IMG/VR virus record: IMGVR_UViG_3300020112_001004
Span: 48,403 to 112,402 of that record
Length of the DNA stretch: 64,000 bases
Origin: a virus
Taxonomy: Duplodnaviria > Caudoviricetes
Strand: one strand, 5' to 3'
Below the pieces are notes generated by a model. The model was not told the DNA's origin, searched no databases, and saw only the letters and a list, made by a program, of their open reading frames with translations. Below are positions 51,607 to 61,923 of this stretch, in pieces (the first letter of the stretch is position 1; every line of letters begins with the position of its first letter). A program made the translations under genes and the position numbers.

Positions 51607-51777
51607 TATTTTCCTCCTGTATTCAAAATAAACTATTTAGCTATACTTATTTTTTCTCTTTTGAATAAAAGGTATAATCCATAAGCGCTACAGTATAATG
51701 ACGTGTATTAACGGAAGTCTTTGTTGGCTTCCTCTATCTTATATTATATTATTATCAAGTTATTTTAATTTGTTACC

Positions 51778-52359
51778 TTAGAATACTCCAAGATTTCTTA
51801 AGATATTATAGGTATCTATTATCTCTTTTAACTCCTCTGCATTTCTTGCTCTTTGGAACACGTCATTATCTCTATTATATTTGTTCCAACCGAACAACGC
51901 TTTTATTTTGGCATTGCAACTCTCCAAAGCATATGGATTATCGTCAATCATTATATCAAACTCTTTACCAATACAACTCTTATCTAGCTTACCATCTTCT
52001 CTGTGAGGTAATAAAATCAAGTTAACACTAGGGAACGTGCTCTCGATATATTTTCTTTTATTCTCAAAACCATTCTCGTCGGTGTAACTACATATTGTTA
52101 TATCATGCCCTTTGTCAGATAGCTCTTGAACCAACTCTTTCATGCCTTCGATTGGTTTAAGATACTCATAGAACTCTTTACAACTAAAGAAATGTTTTAT
52201 ATCTTCTTCGGTTATCATTGGGAGAATGTTCCGAAAATCCCAATCGCATTCACTTGCTTTATACTTGGGAACTTTTTGATTATATTTCTTATTGTATAAT
52301 GCAATTATACTTTCTACTGAAGAGACTAGCGTTGAGTCAAAATCAAATACCAAATTCAA
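51778..52359 (-). CDS. 5'(3')-deoxyribonucleotidase-like HAD hydrolase
   Basis: DFDSTL, DKS, IDDN, YN motifs. Confidence 0.82.
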   Translation of the reverse strand: MNLVFDFDSTLVSSVESIIALYNKKYNQKVPKYKASECDWDFRNILPMITEEDIKHFFSCKEFYEYLKPIEGMKELVQELSDKGHDITICSYTDENGFENKRKYIESTFPSVNLILLPHREDGKLDKSCIGKEFDIMIDDNPYALESCNAKIKALFGWNKYNRDNDVFQRARNAEELKEIIDTYNILRNLGVF

Positions 52360-52389
52360 CTAATCCAACCCCTTTCCAATATATAATGT

Positions 52390-53574
52390 CTATTGTAATA
52401 TCATTCTATGGACTGATTCGTCTCCATCTTCTGAATATATGACAACTACTTGTTCTGCTTTGGTTGAATATCTTAGGTTTTGTGAGTAGTTATCTGAACC
52501 TTTTACACTTCCACCATAAATGACTTTTTGCCTAGTTATTTCTGTTTGATGATAGTGTCCAGAGTGTACTTCATTCACATAAGCATAGTTCTCTAGGTAA
52601 TTGTTTAACATATCTCTAGCGCCATTCTTACGTTCCAAATGTCCATGAGTACAAGCTATTGTTTTATCAAATACTTGTATTATGGCAACACTATCAGATA
52701 TTTCATTTTCTATAAAATCAACATTCTTAACTTCTTTTAATCTTGATTTTATTAAAGGTTTCATTATCTTCGTGAAAGTTTCACCATAAGCTCCCTCTTC
52801 TTTTTTAATAGATATTCTATCGTGGTTACCAGAAACCATGACAACATGTACTGGAACTTTTGTTTCTTTTGCTATACTATAGATAAATTCACTTAGTAAT
52901 TCAAAACACTCTACAAACTGGTCGGCTATATTTTTATCGGCATCTATTCTACATGTTGGATGTAAAGCATTCTCTAGTAAATCACCTAATAGTTCTATAT
53001 TTATTTCTTTTATATTATTTTTTTGAAATAACTTAATTATTTTATCCTTATATTTTAGTACTCTTTCTTTAGCAATCTCAGAATTGAAACTATTTAATGG
53101 AGTATTGAATAAAGCACCATAGTGTAAATCTGATAACATAACACACATTATTTCGTCTTTATCTTTTACCATGTTGGATTCGTCACTTACCATTGGCTTC
53201 ATAATGCATAACTCTTCCATTTTCTTCTCTAGTGTTTCTAATATATTTTGTCTTCTGGCTTCTTCTCTTAATACTGCTTTTAACGCTCTTTTCTCATCTG
53301 CTATTTGTATCTTTTTTATTTCTATTTCTCTTATCTTCTCGTTTAACTTATCTATTTCTTCTTGAGTTCCATTTGGGTGTTCTTTTTTGAACTCTTCCAT
53401 TTCTCTATATGCATAACTTAATTTTCTAAGGTGGGTACCACTACATCCAGCGTCTACTAGTTCTGCTATTTCATCCCACTCTAGGTTTATTACTCTATCT
53501 AATTTCAGTAGACATATACGCACTTTATACTCGAAGTCTGATTCATTTTCTTTTCTTTTTAAATTATTATCCAT
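52390..53574 (-). CDS. Calcineurin-like metallophosphoesterase with N-terminal coiled coil
   Basis: SDLH, LGD, GNHD, HGH, GHYH. Confidence 0.88.
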   Translation of the reverse strand: MDNNLKRKENESDFEYKVRICLLKLDRVINLEWDEIAELVDAGCSGTHLRKLSYAYREMEEFKKEHPNGTQEEIDKLNEKIREIEIKKIQIADEKRALKAVLREEARRQNILETLEKKMEELCIMKPMVSDESNMVKDKDEIMCVMLSDLHYGALFNTPLNSFNSEIAKERVLKYKDKIIKLFQKNNIKEINIELLGDLLENALHPTCRIDADKNIADQFVECFELLSEFIYSIAKETKVPVHVVMVSGNHDRISIKKEEGAYGETFTKIMKPLIKSRLKEVKNVDFIENEISDSVAIIQVFDKTIACTHGHLERKNGARDMLNNYLENYAYVNEVHSGHYHQTEITRQKVIYGGSVKGSDNYSQNLRYSTKAEQVVVIYSEDGDESVHRMILQ

Positions 53575-53667
53575 ATCTACACTCCTAAAAATAAATTAAT
53601 TACTCACCTAACCCAAGGCGAGACATATTACTATGTACAGGAAACCATGAGGTTTCCTAGTTATTAT

Positions 53668-54342
53668 TTAAATTATTTCGTCAGCTATTCCTAATTTAAC
53701 AGCAGTCTTAGCGTCTATCCACCAATCTATCTTCTTTTCTTGAATCTCTTGTAATCTTTCCTCTGTTACCTTGGTATTCTTTAGTATTAGTTCTTTTAAT
53801 TCTTCCCATAATTGTCTAGTAAATTCGACTTCTCTTTGCATATCTTCATAGGTGCCACCACAACCGGAACTTACTTGGTGAATTAATACTCTTGCATGTC
53901 TGCCAATTTTTCTATGACCTATTGAACCAGTTATAAATGATATACTACCACAGCTTATTGCGTAAGTGTGTGTTACTGTTTCTATAATATAGCCTTTTTC
54001 CTTAAGTTGTTCTACTTTGTCCCACATTTGAAAAGCGTCTAAAACACTTCCACCATAACTTCCAATCTCTAAAGTTATTTTCTCTGGTTTATATTTATCT
54101 GGTCTTAAACTTAATGACCTCTCTAGGTCGTCTAACTCTTCTATCTTCTCTAGTACACCTAAACACCAGTTGCATTGAATTCTGTCAAACTCGAAGTTAA
54201 ATTTAATAACTCTATTGTGGACTGCTTCTAATTCTTGCATTTGTAATACTTGTAACATATAAGCATCCGTTGGCTTTTGTACTCCTCCATTATTAAATTG
54301 TTCTCTTCCAAATCCTGTTTGATTAAAACTATTAATTAACAT
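53668..54342 (-). CDS. ClpP-like protease
   Basis: SYGGSV, AISCGS (catalytic Ser), LIHQ, DWWI.A..A..LGIADEI. Confidence 0.85.
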   Translation of the reverse strand: MLINSFNQTGFGREQFNNGGVQKPTDAYMLQVLQMQELEAVHNRVIKFNFEFDRIQCNWCLGVLEKIEELDDLERSLSLRPDKYKPEKITLEIGSYGGSVLDAFQMWDKVEQLKEKGYIIETVTHTYAISCGSISFITGSIGHRKIGRHARVLIHQVSSGCGGTYEDMQREVEFTRQLWEELKELILKNTKVTEERLQEIQEKKIDWWIDAKTAVKLGIADEII

Positions 54343-54492
54343 TAACAACACCCCTTATAGTTCAATTTTACCACATTCAAATATTTTTTTTACACCTAGT
54401 CAATATTTATCGTCATTTCGTTAAATATTTATTAATTTATCTTTCGTTGTTATATTATATTATTATCCAACTTGTCCAAATTGTTACCTCGT

Positions 54493-55953
54493 CTATAAGG
54501 TAATTTGCATGTTCTTTTTCGTTATAATTATCTTATTAGTTTTGTTCATTTTTCTCAATTCTTCTTCTGCTACTCTTTTAAGTTCTTCCTTAGCCGAAGA
54601 ATCACCATGGTGTAATACCACTGTGCAATTATCACTCATTCCCTTTATATAGTTTACAAGTGTTTTTTGTTGAGCGTGTCCAGAGAATGTATTATATCTT
54701 TTTATATCACATCTTCTTAATACTTTACTACCATTAACCTCTATAACTTCTTTTCCGTCTAGAATCTCTCTTCCTATTGTGCCACTTCCACAATATCCTA
54801 CAAAAGCTATTAGCGACCCTGTTTGCCCTAATAATCTCTCTGCCCATATTTGGCTTCTTCCTCCACTAATCATACCAGAGGAGGATAATACTAAACATGG
54901 TATCTTCTTTTGCATAAAAGCCACACTACTTTTATAGTCCCTTAAGAACTCAAAGTGACCCCATGAACACACTTCATTCCAATAGTCCAACTCTTCATCT
55001 TTAAGTATTTTTCTATATACTTCATTTATTTTATTCGCTAAAGTGCTATCAATCACTATAGTGGCATTAAAAGTTTTATCCCCTTTAAACCTGTCGTATA
55101 ATAAGCACATTAAATTTTGAGTTCTTCCTAAAGCGAAACTAGGGATTAACATATTTTTTCTGTCTTTAACCACATATTTTATTATAGTATTAAATAAATC
55201 TTCTTGTTCTTTTTTAACCTCTTCTTTTGTGTATGCTTGTTTATTTCCATAGGTGCTTTCTATCAATAATAAATCAGCCTTGCTTATAGGTTCTTGTTCA
55301 CCCACAAAGTAATTACTTGCTTTATTGCTCATATCCCCTAAGTCAGAGGTGTATACTATTTTTTTTACAATCCCACTTCTTTTCTTTATAAATAATTCTA
55401 ATTGAGTTGAAGCAATAAGATGACATGTATTAGTGAATCTAAAAGAAATTTTATCAGTTAATTTATGAATCTCATTGGTACTATAGGTATCTATTTTATC
55501 ATATACATTCCAAAAGTCTGGTTCTTTGTATAGATGTTTAACTCTTTTTCCTCTTCCGTTAAGGTACTCCACTGTTTTATCGTGAACATAACATCCATCT
55601 AACAACATTGGCTTACATATCTCTTTATTTTCTTCAGTCATTATAATTCTCACCTTATCATTGCATGATAGTGCTGGTAGGTTCATCGAATGGTCTGCGT
55701 GGAGATGAAGGTTGAAACAGTAATCAATGCTTTTTAATGGTATATTTTCAAGCAAATCTCTGTTGGCTCTGTAGTCATCAAATATATCTCCCTCGCCTTG
55801 TACCATTCCCAACTCTATTAGAACATTAGTCCTCGTGAAACCATCGTCATTTAATATAGATACTAAAGTAGCGCTTCCTGTTACAATTTCCGATTGTGCG
55901 CCTAGAAATGAAACCACTATCTCATCTTTTATTTTTTTCTTTTTACTCCCCAT
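54493..55953 (-). CDS. MBL-fold beta-CASP metallohydrolase (probable nuclease)
   Basis: VTGS, HLHADH, YTSD, ESTYG, IPSFALGRTQ, SSSGM..GGR, FSGHA. Confidence 0.88.
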   Translation of the reverse strand: MGSKKKKIKDEIVVSFLGAQSEIVTGSATLVSILNDDGFTRTNVLIELGMVQGEGDIFDDYRANRDLLENIPLKSIDYCFNLHLHADHSMNLPALSCNDKVRIIMTEENKEICKPMLLDGCYVHDKTVEYLNGRGKRVKHLYKEPDFWNVYDKIDTYSTNEIHKLTDKISFRFTNTCHLIASTQLELFIKKRSGIVKKIVYTSDLGDMSNKASNYFVGEQEPISKADLLLIESTYGNKQAYTKEEVKKEQEDLFNTIIKYVVKDRKNMLIPSFALGRTQNLMCLLYDRFKGDKTFNATIVIDSTLANKINEVYRKILKDEELDYWNEVCSWGHFEFLRDYKSSVAFMQKKIPCLVLSSSGMISGGRSQIWAERLLGQTGSLIAFVGYCGSGTIGREILDGKEVIEVNGSKVLRRCDIKRYNTFSGHAQQKTLVNYIKGMSDNCTVVLHHGDSSAKEELKRVAEEELRKMNKTNKIIITKKNMQITL

Positions 55954-56054
55954 AATTTACTCCCCAATCTATAATTTAGTATTTGTTTTGCACTAGTTTG
56001 TTTAACCTACTATTAGCGTCAACACTAATAGTTAAGGCTAAATTGGGCAACCCC

Positions 56055-56477
56055 TTATAATAACATCTCCAAATAAGCTTCTGGAAATTCTTCTCTATTA
56101 TCAGCCACATATTGCTTCATTATTTTATTTTCTACTTCCCATCTGAAGTGTTCCTTCCTTTGTAAAAACTTTTGTGCAGTATATTCTCCGTAATTAACAA
56201 GCATAAAATCAGTACCTATCTGTAACCAATGTATAGCTTCTTTAGTAACACTTTCACCAGAAGGAGTTTCTCCATAAAACTTATCAAAATCTTCTAGTTT
56301 TAAACAGTCAGTGTCATATATATATTCATTTTTTAGTAAATAATCTATTAAATTACGTTCAATCATATATCCAATCCAAACTATTTCAAATTCACTTTCA
56401 AATGCTTCATTAATTCCACCCGATGACTTTATCCAACTTGTTATTTTGTTCATATCAACGTCATATTTTACTCTCAT
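56055..56477 (-). CDS. Array paralog, subfamily C
   Basis: MRVKY..WLQIGTDF..EEFPEAYLEMLL. Confidence 0.85.
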   Translation of the reverse strand: MRVKYDVDMNKITSWIKSSGGINEAFESEFEIVWIGYMIERNLIDYLLKNEYIYDTDCLKLEDFDKFYGETPSGESVTKEAIHWLQIGTDFMLVNYGEYTAQKFLQRKEHFRWEVENKIMKQYVADNREEFPEAYLEMLL

Positions 56478-56540
56478 ACAACCACTCCTTTTCTTATATT
56501 ATATTATTGTCACTCCTATGTACCCAGAACAAAGTTCTGG

Positions 56541-56954
56541 TTATAGCAATAGCTCCAAATAAGCATCTGGGAACTCTTCTTTATTATCAATCACATATTG
56601 CCTTATTACTTTATTTTCTTTCCCCCATACGAACTCTTCCTTTTTTTGTAAAAACAGTATAATATAATCTCTGTAATTCGTAAGCATAAAATCTGTACCT
56701 ATTTGTAGCCATTGTGTGGCTTCTTTAGTGAGACCTCCTCTAGGAACAGCATTTCCATAAAATTTATCAAAACCTTCTAGTTTTAAATAGTCAGTGGTGT
56801 GTTCATTTTTTAGAAAATGGTCTATAAAACCATATTTAATTATATATCCAATCCAAACTATTTCAAATTCACTTTTAAATATTTCATTAACTCCACCAAA
56901 AGACTCTATCCAGCTTGTCGTTTTGTTCGTATCAATATCATATTTTATCCTCAT
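56541..56954 (-). CDS. Array paralog, subfamily C
   Basis: MRIKY..WLQIGTDF..EEFPDAYLELLL. Confidence 0.85.
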   Translation of the reverse strand: MRIKYDIDTNKTTSWIESFGGVNEIFKSEFEIVWIGYIIKYGFIDHFLKNEHTTDYLKLEGFDKFYGNAVPRGGLTKEATQWLQIGTDFMLTNYRDYIILFLQKKEEFVWGKENKVIRQYVIDNKEEFPDAYLELLL

Positions 56955-56972
56955 AAAATCACACCCCTCTAG

Positions 56973-57425
56973 TTACAACATTAAATCTAAATAAGCTTCT
57001 GGGAACTCTTCTTTATTATCAAACACATATTGCTTCATCACTTTATTTTCTTTATTCCATGTGAATCCTTCCTTTCTTTGTAAAAACGTTTGTATAGTGT
57101 ACTCTCTATAGTTAGTAAGCATAAAATCTGTACCTATTTGTAACCAATGTATGGCTTCTTTGGTGAGACTTCTAGTAGTAGGAATTTTTCCATAAAATTT
57201 ATTAAAATCTTTCAACTCTGGATAGTCAGTGACAAGTTCACATGCATAAGGTTCACATTCGTAATAAATTTCTTTAGATTTTAGAAAATAATCTATTAAA
57301 TTATATTTAATTATATATCCAATCCAAACTATTTCATATTCACTTCTAGATATTTTATTAACTCCACCCAAAGACTCTATCATACCTGTTATTTTGTTCA
57401 TATCAACTTCATATTTTACTCTCAT
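56973..57425 (-). CDS. Array paralog, subfamily C
   Basis: MRVKY..WLQIGTDF..EEFPEAYLDLML. Confidence 0.85.
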   Translation of the reverse strand: MRVKYEVDMNKITGMIESLGGVNKISRSEYEIVWIGYIIKYNLIDYFLKSKEIYYECEPYACELVTDYPELKDFNKFYGKIPTTRSLTKEAIHWLQIGTDFMLTNYREYTIQTFLQRKEGFTWNKENKVMKQYVFDNKEEFPEAYLDLML

Positions 57426-57441
57426 AAAACCACCCCTCTAG

Positions 57442-57858
57442 TTATAACATCATTTCCAAATAAGCATCTGGGAATTCATCCTTGTTGTCTATTATATATT
57501 CTTCTATAATGTTTTTTTCTGCAAGTGCACTGTTACCTAGATATCCCTCTTGCAAAGTTGCGAATAATTCTCCATATTTTTTTATATAAGATAAACAAAA
57601 ATCAGTTCCGATTTTTGTCCATTCTATAAACTCTTCGTCCTTTGACCCTGTAGTAAATCTCATGGATTTATTATGATATTGTCCTGCGTCTGGCACAGTG
57701 TCTGATAAATGTGCTATTGGTTCGATGGGTTCGATGGTAAAATCACCATATACAATAAGATATCCGATATAAGACATTCTATAATAATTAATTGCGTCAT
57801 CCTTGATGGATAAATCAATTTTTCTTTCTAAATTATTTAATGGATATTTGACTCTCAT
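57442..57858 (-). CDS. Array paralog, subfamily B
   Basis: MRVKYPL..WTKIGTDF..DEFPDAYLEMML. Confidence 0.85.
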   Translation of the reverse strand: MRVKYPLNNLERKIDLSIKDDAINYYRMSYIGYLIVYGDFTIEPIEPIAHLSDTVPDAGQYHNKSMRFTTGSKDEEFIEWTKIGTDFCLSYIKKYGELFATLQEGYLGNSALAEKNIIEEYIIDNKDEFPDAYLEMML

Positions 57859-57973
57859 AAAACCACTCCTTTTAGTTTATATTATATTATTATCACTCGT
57901 TTTTGGTTTGTTACTTTTATGTACCCAGAACAAAGGTTCTGGAATCTCTTCTTTAGAGTCCGTAACTCCAAAC

Positions 57974-58288
57974 TTATCTTTTCTTCTTTCTTTTTTTAAG
58001 CTTTTTGTATTTCATTTTAACGTTAATCTTATCATTTAGCCTTTGTAGTTTTTTAGTTTTGGGGTTAGTGTAATCTCTGGCTTCCCTGTCTATAGTGTAA
58101 ACCTCAATATCACCCAATCTTACTATGTCGGCTTCTTCTTCCTCCATTATTTCTATAGCTAAATCTAATATAACACTAAAATCCTTAATTACCTCCCTTA
58201 CACTTACCTTGGTTACTTCCATCCTCTCTGCTAATTTTGTAACCATATCTTCTCTTAATATTCTTTTTTTATCTTTGCTCTTTCCCAT
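57974..58288 (-). CDS. HU/IHF-like DNA-binding protein
   Basis: Helical N-terminus, VRLG, REAR..NPKT arm motif, Lys-rich tail. Confidence 0.72.
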   Translation of the reverse strand: MGKSKDKKRILREDMVTKLAERMEVTKVSVREVIKDFSVILDLAIEIMEEEEADIVRLGDIEVYTIDREARDYTNPKTKKLQRLNDKINVKMKYKKLKKRKKKR

Positions 58289-58486
58289 AGTTTCCTCCTT
58301 CTAGTCTCATTGAGAGACTTTTGGAACTATAGTTAGATTATGTTTTTTTTATTATATCATATTACCATAGGTGATTATAATTTCTATAACACCCAATATC
58401 TAACGTAATTACGTTAATTTTTATAGTTTTTCTTGTTGCTGTAAAAATATAAAAACCCATGTAAAAACATAGGTTTTGTTGGTGGC

Positions 58487-58894
58487 TTATAATATCAATT
58501 CTAAATAAGCATCCGGAAACTCGTCTTTGTTAGCAATTATATAATTTTTTACAATGTTTTCTTCTGTAAGTAAACCTTCACCAATACATTTACTTTGAAA
58601 AGTTTGGAATAATTCTCTATATTTTTTCATATAAAATAAACAAACATCAGTTCCAATTTTTATCCACTCTATGAATTCTTTATCTCTTGGCACTTCTTCA
58701 AGCCCCACGGCTTTAACCTCATATAATCCTATCTCTGGTGTAACGTCTGATAAACGTTTTAATGATTTATTGGTAAAATCACCGTGCATAATAAGATATC
58801 CGATATAAGACATTCTATAGTTTTTAACTGCTTCAATCTTGGTAAGGAAATCAATTTTTCTTTTTAAATTATTTAATGGGTATTCAACTCTCAT
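58487..58894 (-). CDS. Array paralog, subfamily B
   Basis: MRVEYPL..WIKIGTDV..DEFPDAYLELIL. Confidence 0.85.
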   Translation of the reverse strand: MRVEYPLNNLKRKIDFLTKIEAVKNYRMSYIGYLIMHGDFTNKSLKRLSDVTPEIGLYEVKAVGLEEVPRDKEFIEWIKIGTDVCLFYMKKYRELFQTFQSKCIGEGLLTEENIVKNYIIANKDEFPDAYLELIL

Positions 58895-58931
58895 ATAATC
58901 ACTCCTTTTTAATTTGTTACCTATTACTGGT

Positions 58932-59372
58932 TTATAACATTAAATCTAAATAAACTTCTGGGAACTCTTCTTTATTATCAATCACATATTGCCTAATCAT
59001 TTCATGTTCTTCTTCATGGTCACCGTCACCTTTCAATACCTTTGTGGTTACATCCTTTTTACAATTTGTAAGCATAAAATCTGCACCTATTTTTATCCAC
59101 TTAACACATTCCTTTCCAAGTGGGATATTCTCGGGTCTTTCTAAATAATACCCAAGCAAATCTTCTATCTCGTGCATAGTAGACCTATAAACAGAAACCC
59201 TCCCCCTACATAAATCCATAAGGATATCAAAAGAATGGTTTACTAAATTTTTGTCAATAATATATCCAAATATCACAACAGAGTAGTCATCTATCAATAA
59301 TTTATTTGTAGCATAAACATAATCTAAAAACTTAACCATTTTATCTTTATCAACTTCGTATTTAACTCTCAT
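58932..59372 (-). CDS. Array paralog, subfamily A
   Basis: Start MRVKY at 59372; WIKIGADF; EEFPEVYLDLML. Confidence 0.85.
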   Translation of the reverse strand: MRVKYEVDKDKMVKFLDYVYATNKLLIDDYSVVIFGYIIDKNLVNHSFDILMDLCRGRVSVYRSTMHEIEDLLGYYLERPENIPLGKECVKWIKIGADFMLTNCKKDVTTKVLKGDGDHEEEHEMIRQYVIDNKEEFPEVYLDLML

Positions 59373-59438
59373 ACAAACACCCCTTTTCTTCATATTATAT
59401 TATTATCACCATTTTTTAATTTGTTACCTGTTATTGGT

Positions 59439-59879
59439 TTATAGCACCAATTCTAAATACACATCTGGAAACTCCTCTTTGTTATCTATTATATATTCTC
59501 TAATTGCTTTATTTTCTTTTTTGTAAGCATTTTTATTCTTCAATACCCCTATTGGAATATATTTTTTACAATTTGTAAGCATAAAATCTATGCCTACTTT
59601 TACCCATCTAGTACTTTTATTTGTAAGAGGAACATCCAATGGTAGACCCAAATAGGATTTAGATAATTCCCCCACCACTGGTACAACAGGGTTTTTATGA
59701 TGAATCTTTCCTTTGCATAAATCCCTAAGTGCGTCAAAAGGGTAATTTGTCAAGTCACGGTCAATAATATATCCGAACACCACAACGAAGAACTCATCTA
59801 TGATTGGATTATTTGAGGCATAAACATAATTTAAAAACATAACCATTTTATCTTTATCAACTTCGTATTTAACTCTCAT
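59439..59879 (-). CDS. Array paralog, subfamily A
   Basis: MRVKYEVDKDKM..EEFPDVYLELVL. Confidence 0.85.
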   Translation of the reverse strand: MRVKYEVDKDKMVMFLNYVYASNNPIIDEFFVVVFGYIIDRDLTNYPFDALRDLCKGKIHHKNPVVPVVGELSKSYLGLPLDVPLTNKSTRWVKVGIDFMLTNCKKYIPIGVLKNKNAYKKENKAIREYIIDNKEEFPDVYLELVL

Positions 59880-59915
59880 GTAGTCACTCCTTTTAATTTG
59901 TTACCTATTATTAGT

Positions 59916-60362
59916 TTATAGTGGTAGTAGTAGTTCTAAATACATATCTGGAAATTCGTCTTTATTCTCTATAATATAGCCCTTAATCACTTCATTCTCT
60001 TCTTTATAAATAGTTTTCTTTCTCAATACTTCTATTAGTATATATTCTTTACAATTTGTAACTATAAAATCTACACCTATTTTTAGCCACCTAATACTTT
60101 TCTCTGGGAGAGGAGCTTCTGATGGTAAATCCAAACAGAACTTAACCAAGTCTTTCGTCGCAAGTGCAATAGGACTTTTATGGTGAATTTCTCCTTTACA
60201 TAAATCCCCAAGGTCATCAAAAGAATAATTTACTAAATTATAGTCAATAATATATCCAAACATCATAACAAAGTATTCATCTATGGGCGATTTATATGTG
60301 GTATAAAAATAATCTAAAAACTTACACATTTTATCTTTATTAACTTCGTATTCAATCCTCAT
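59916..60362 (-). CDS. Array paralog, subfamily A
   Basis: MRIEYEVNKDKM..DEFPDMYLELLLPL. Confidence 0.85.
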   Translation of the reverse strand: MRIEYEVNKDKMCKFLDYFYTTYKSPIDEYFVMMFGYIIDYNLVNYSFDDLGDLCKGEIHHKSPIALATKDLVKFCLDLPSEAPLPEKSIRWLKIGVDFIVTNCKEYILIEVLRKKTIYKEENEVIKGYIIENKDEFPDMYLELLLPL

Positions 60363-60427
60363 ACAAACACTCCTTTTCTTATATTATATTATTATCATTC
60401 ATTTTTAATTTGTTACCTATTAGTAGC

Positions 60428-60868
60428 TTATAACATTAATTCTAAATACATGTCTGGAAATTCATCTTTATTCTTTATAATATATTCTCTAATTGCTTTA
60501 TTTTCTTGATTGTAAAAAATTTTATTTTTCAGTATTTTTATTAGCATATATTCTTTACAATTTGTAAGTATAAAATCTACACCTATCTCTAGCCACCTAA
60601 TACTTTTCTCTGTAAGTGGAACATTTGACGGCAAATCCCAATAGAATTTAGTCAAATCCTCTATCACTGGTGCCATAGGGCTTTCATCATGGACGTCTCC
60701 TTCACATAAATCCGTAAGTACTTCAAAAGGATAGTTTAGTAAATTATTGTCAATAATATATCCAGATACCACAACAAAGAACTCGTCTATGGTTGGGTTA
60801 TTTGTGGCATAAAGATAATCTAAAAATTTATTCATTTTATCTTTATCAACTTCATATTCAACTCTCAT
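60428..60868 (-). CDS. Array paralog, subfamily A
   Basis: MRVEYEVDKDKM..DEFPDMYLELML. Confidence 0.85.
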   Translation of the reverse strand: MRVEYEVDKDKMNKFLDYLYATNNPTIDEFFVVVSGYIIDNNLLNYPFEVLTDLCEGDVHDESPMAPVIEDLTKFYWDLPSNVPLTEKSIRWLEIGVDFILTNCKEYMLIKILKNKIFYNQENKAIREYIIKNKDEFPDMYLELML

Positions 60869-60904
60869 GTAATCACTCCTTTTAATTTGTTACCTACTAT
60901 TAGT

Positions 60905-61345
60905 TTATAACATTAAATCTAAATATGCTTCTGGAAATTCTTCTTTGTTCTCTATAACATATTCTTTAATTATTTTATTTTCTTCTCTGTAAACATTTTT
61001 ATTCTTCAATGCTTCTATTACTATATATTCTTTACAATTTGCAAGTATAAAATCTACGCCTATTTTTAACCACCCAATACTTTTATCTGTAAGTGGAACA
61101 TTTAATGATAAATCAAAATAGAATTCAGTCAAATCTTCCACAGCCGATTCAATACGGCTTTTATAACGAACATCTCCCTTGGTTAAATCCTCAAGGACGC
61201 TAAAAGAATAATTTTGTAATTTATTACTAATAATATATCCAAGCACCACAAGGGAGTACCCATTTATGGAAGATTTATCTGTGGTATAAAGATAGTCTAA
61301 AAACTTAACCATTCTTTTTTTATTAACTTCATACTCAACCCTCAT
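60905..61345 (-). CDS. Array paralog, subfamily A
   Basis: MRVEYEVNKKRM..EEFPEAYLDLML. Confidence 0.85.
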   Translation of the reverse strand: MRVEYEVNKKRMVKFLDYLYTTDKSSINGYSLVVLGYIISNKLQNYSFSVLEDLTKGDVRYKSRIESAVEDLTEFYFDLSLNVPLTDKSIGWLKIGVDFILANCKEYIVIEALKNKNVYREENKIIKEYVIENKEEFPEAYLDLML

Positions 61346-61410
61346 GTAATCACTCCTTTTCTTATATTATATTATTATCACCATTTTTTAATTTGTTGCC
61401 TGTTAGTAGC

Positions 61411-61857
61411 TTATAGCGCCAATTCTAAATACATATCTGGGAACTCTTCTCCGTTGTTTATTATATATTCTCTAATTACTTTATTTTCTTCTTCATAAAG
61501 AATTGTTTTATTACCCCTTAATATTTCTATCAGTATATGCTCTTTACAATTTGTAAGCATAAAATCTACACCTATTTTTAACCACCTAATACTTTTATCC
61601 GTAAGTGGGGTATCTGAAGATAGCTCCCAATAGAATTTATCCAAATCTTCCACATAGAGCACAAGAGGACTTTTATCACCAATGTTTCCTTCACATAAAC
61701 CCCTAAGTATATCAAAGGGATAATTTACTAAATTATTATCAATAATATATCCAAACATCACAACGAGGAACTCGTCTATCAATAATTTATCTATAGTGTA
61801 AAAATAATCTAAAAACTTACACATTTTATCTTTGTCAACTTCGTATTCAACTCTCAT
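61411..61857 (-). CDS. Array paralog, subfamily A
   Basis: MRVEYEVDKDKM..EEFPDMYLELAL. Confidence 0.85.
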   Translation of the reverse strand: MRVEYEVDKDKMCKFLDYFYTIDKLLIDEFLVVMFGYIIDNNLVNYPFDILRGLCEGNIGDKSPLVLYVEDLDKFYWELSSDTPLTDKSIRWLKIGVDFMLTNCKEHILIEILRGNKTILYEEENKVIREYIINNGEEFPDMYLELAL

Positions 61858-61923
61858 GTAATCACTCCTTTTTCTTATATTATATTATTATCATTCATTT
61901 TTAATTTGTTACCTATTATTAGT

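Noticed and set aside
1295-58039. Numerous 60-125 aa ORFs antisense to or nested in long genes
   Set aside because: Shadow ORFs typical of strand-biased coding DNA.
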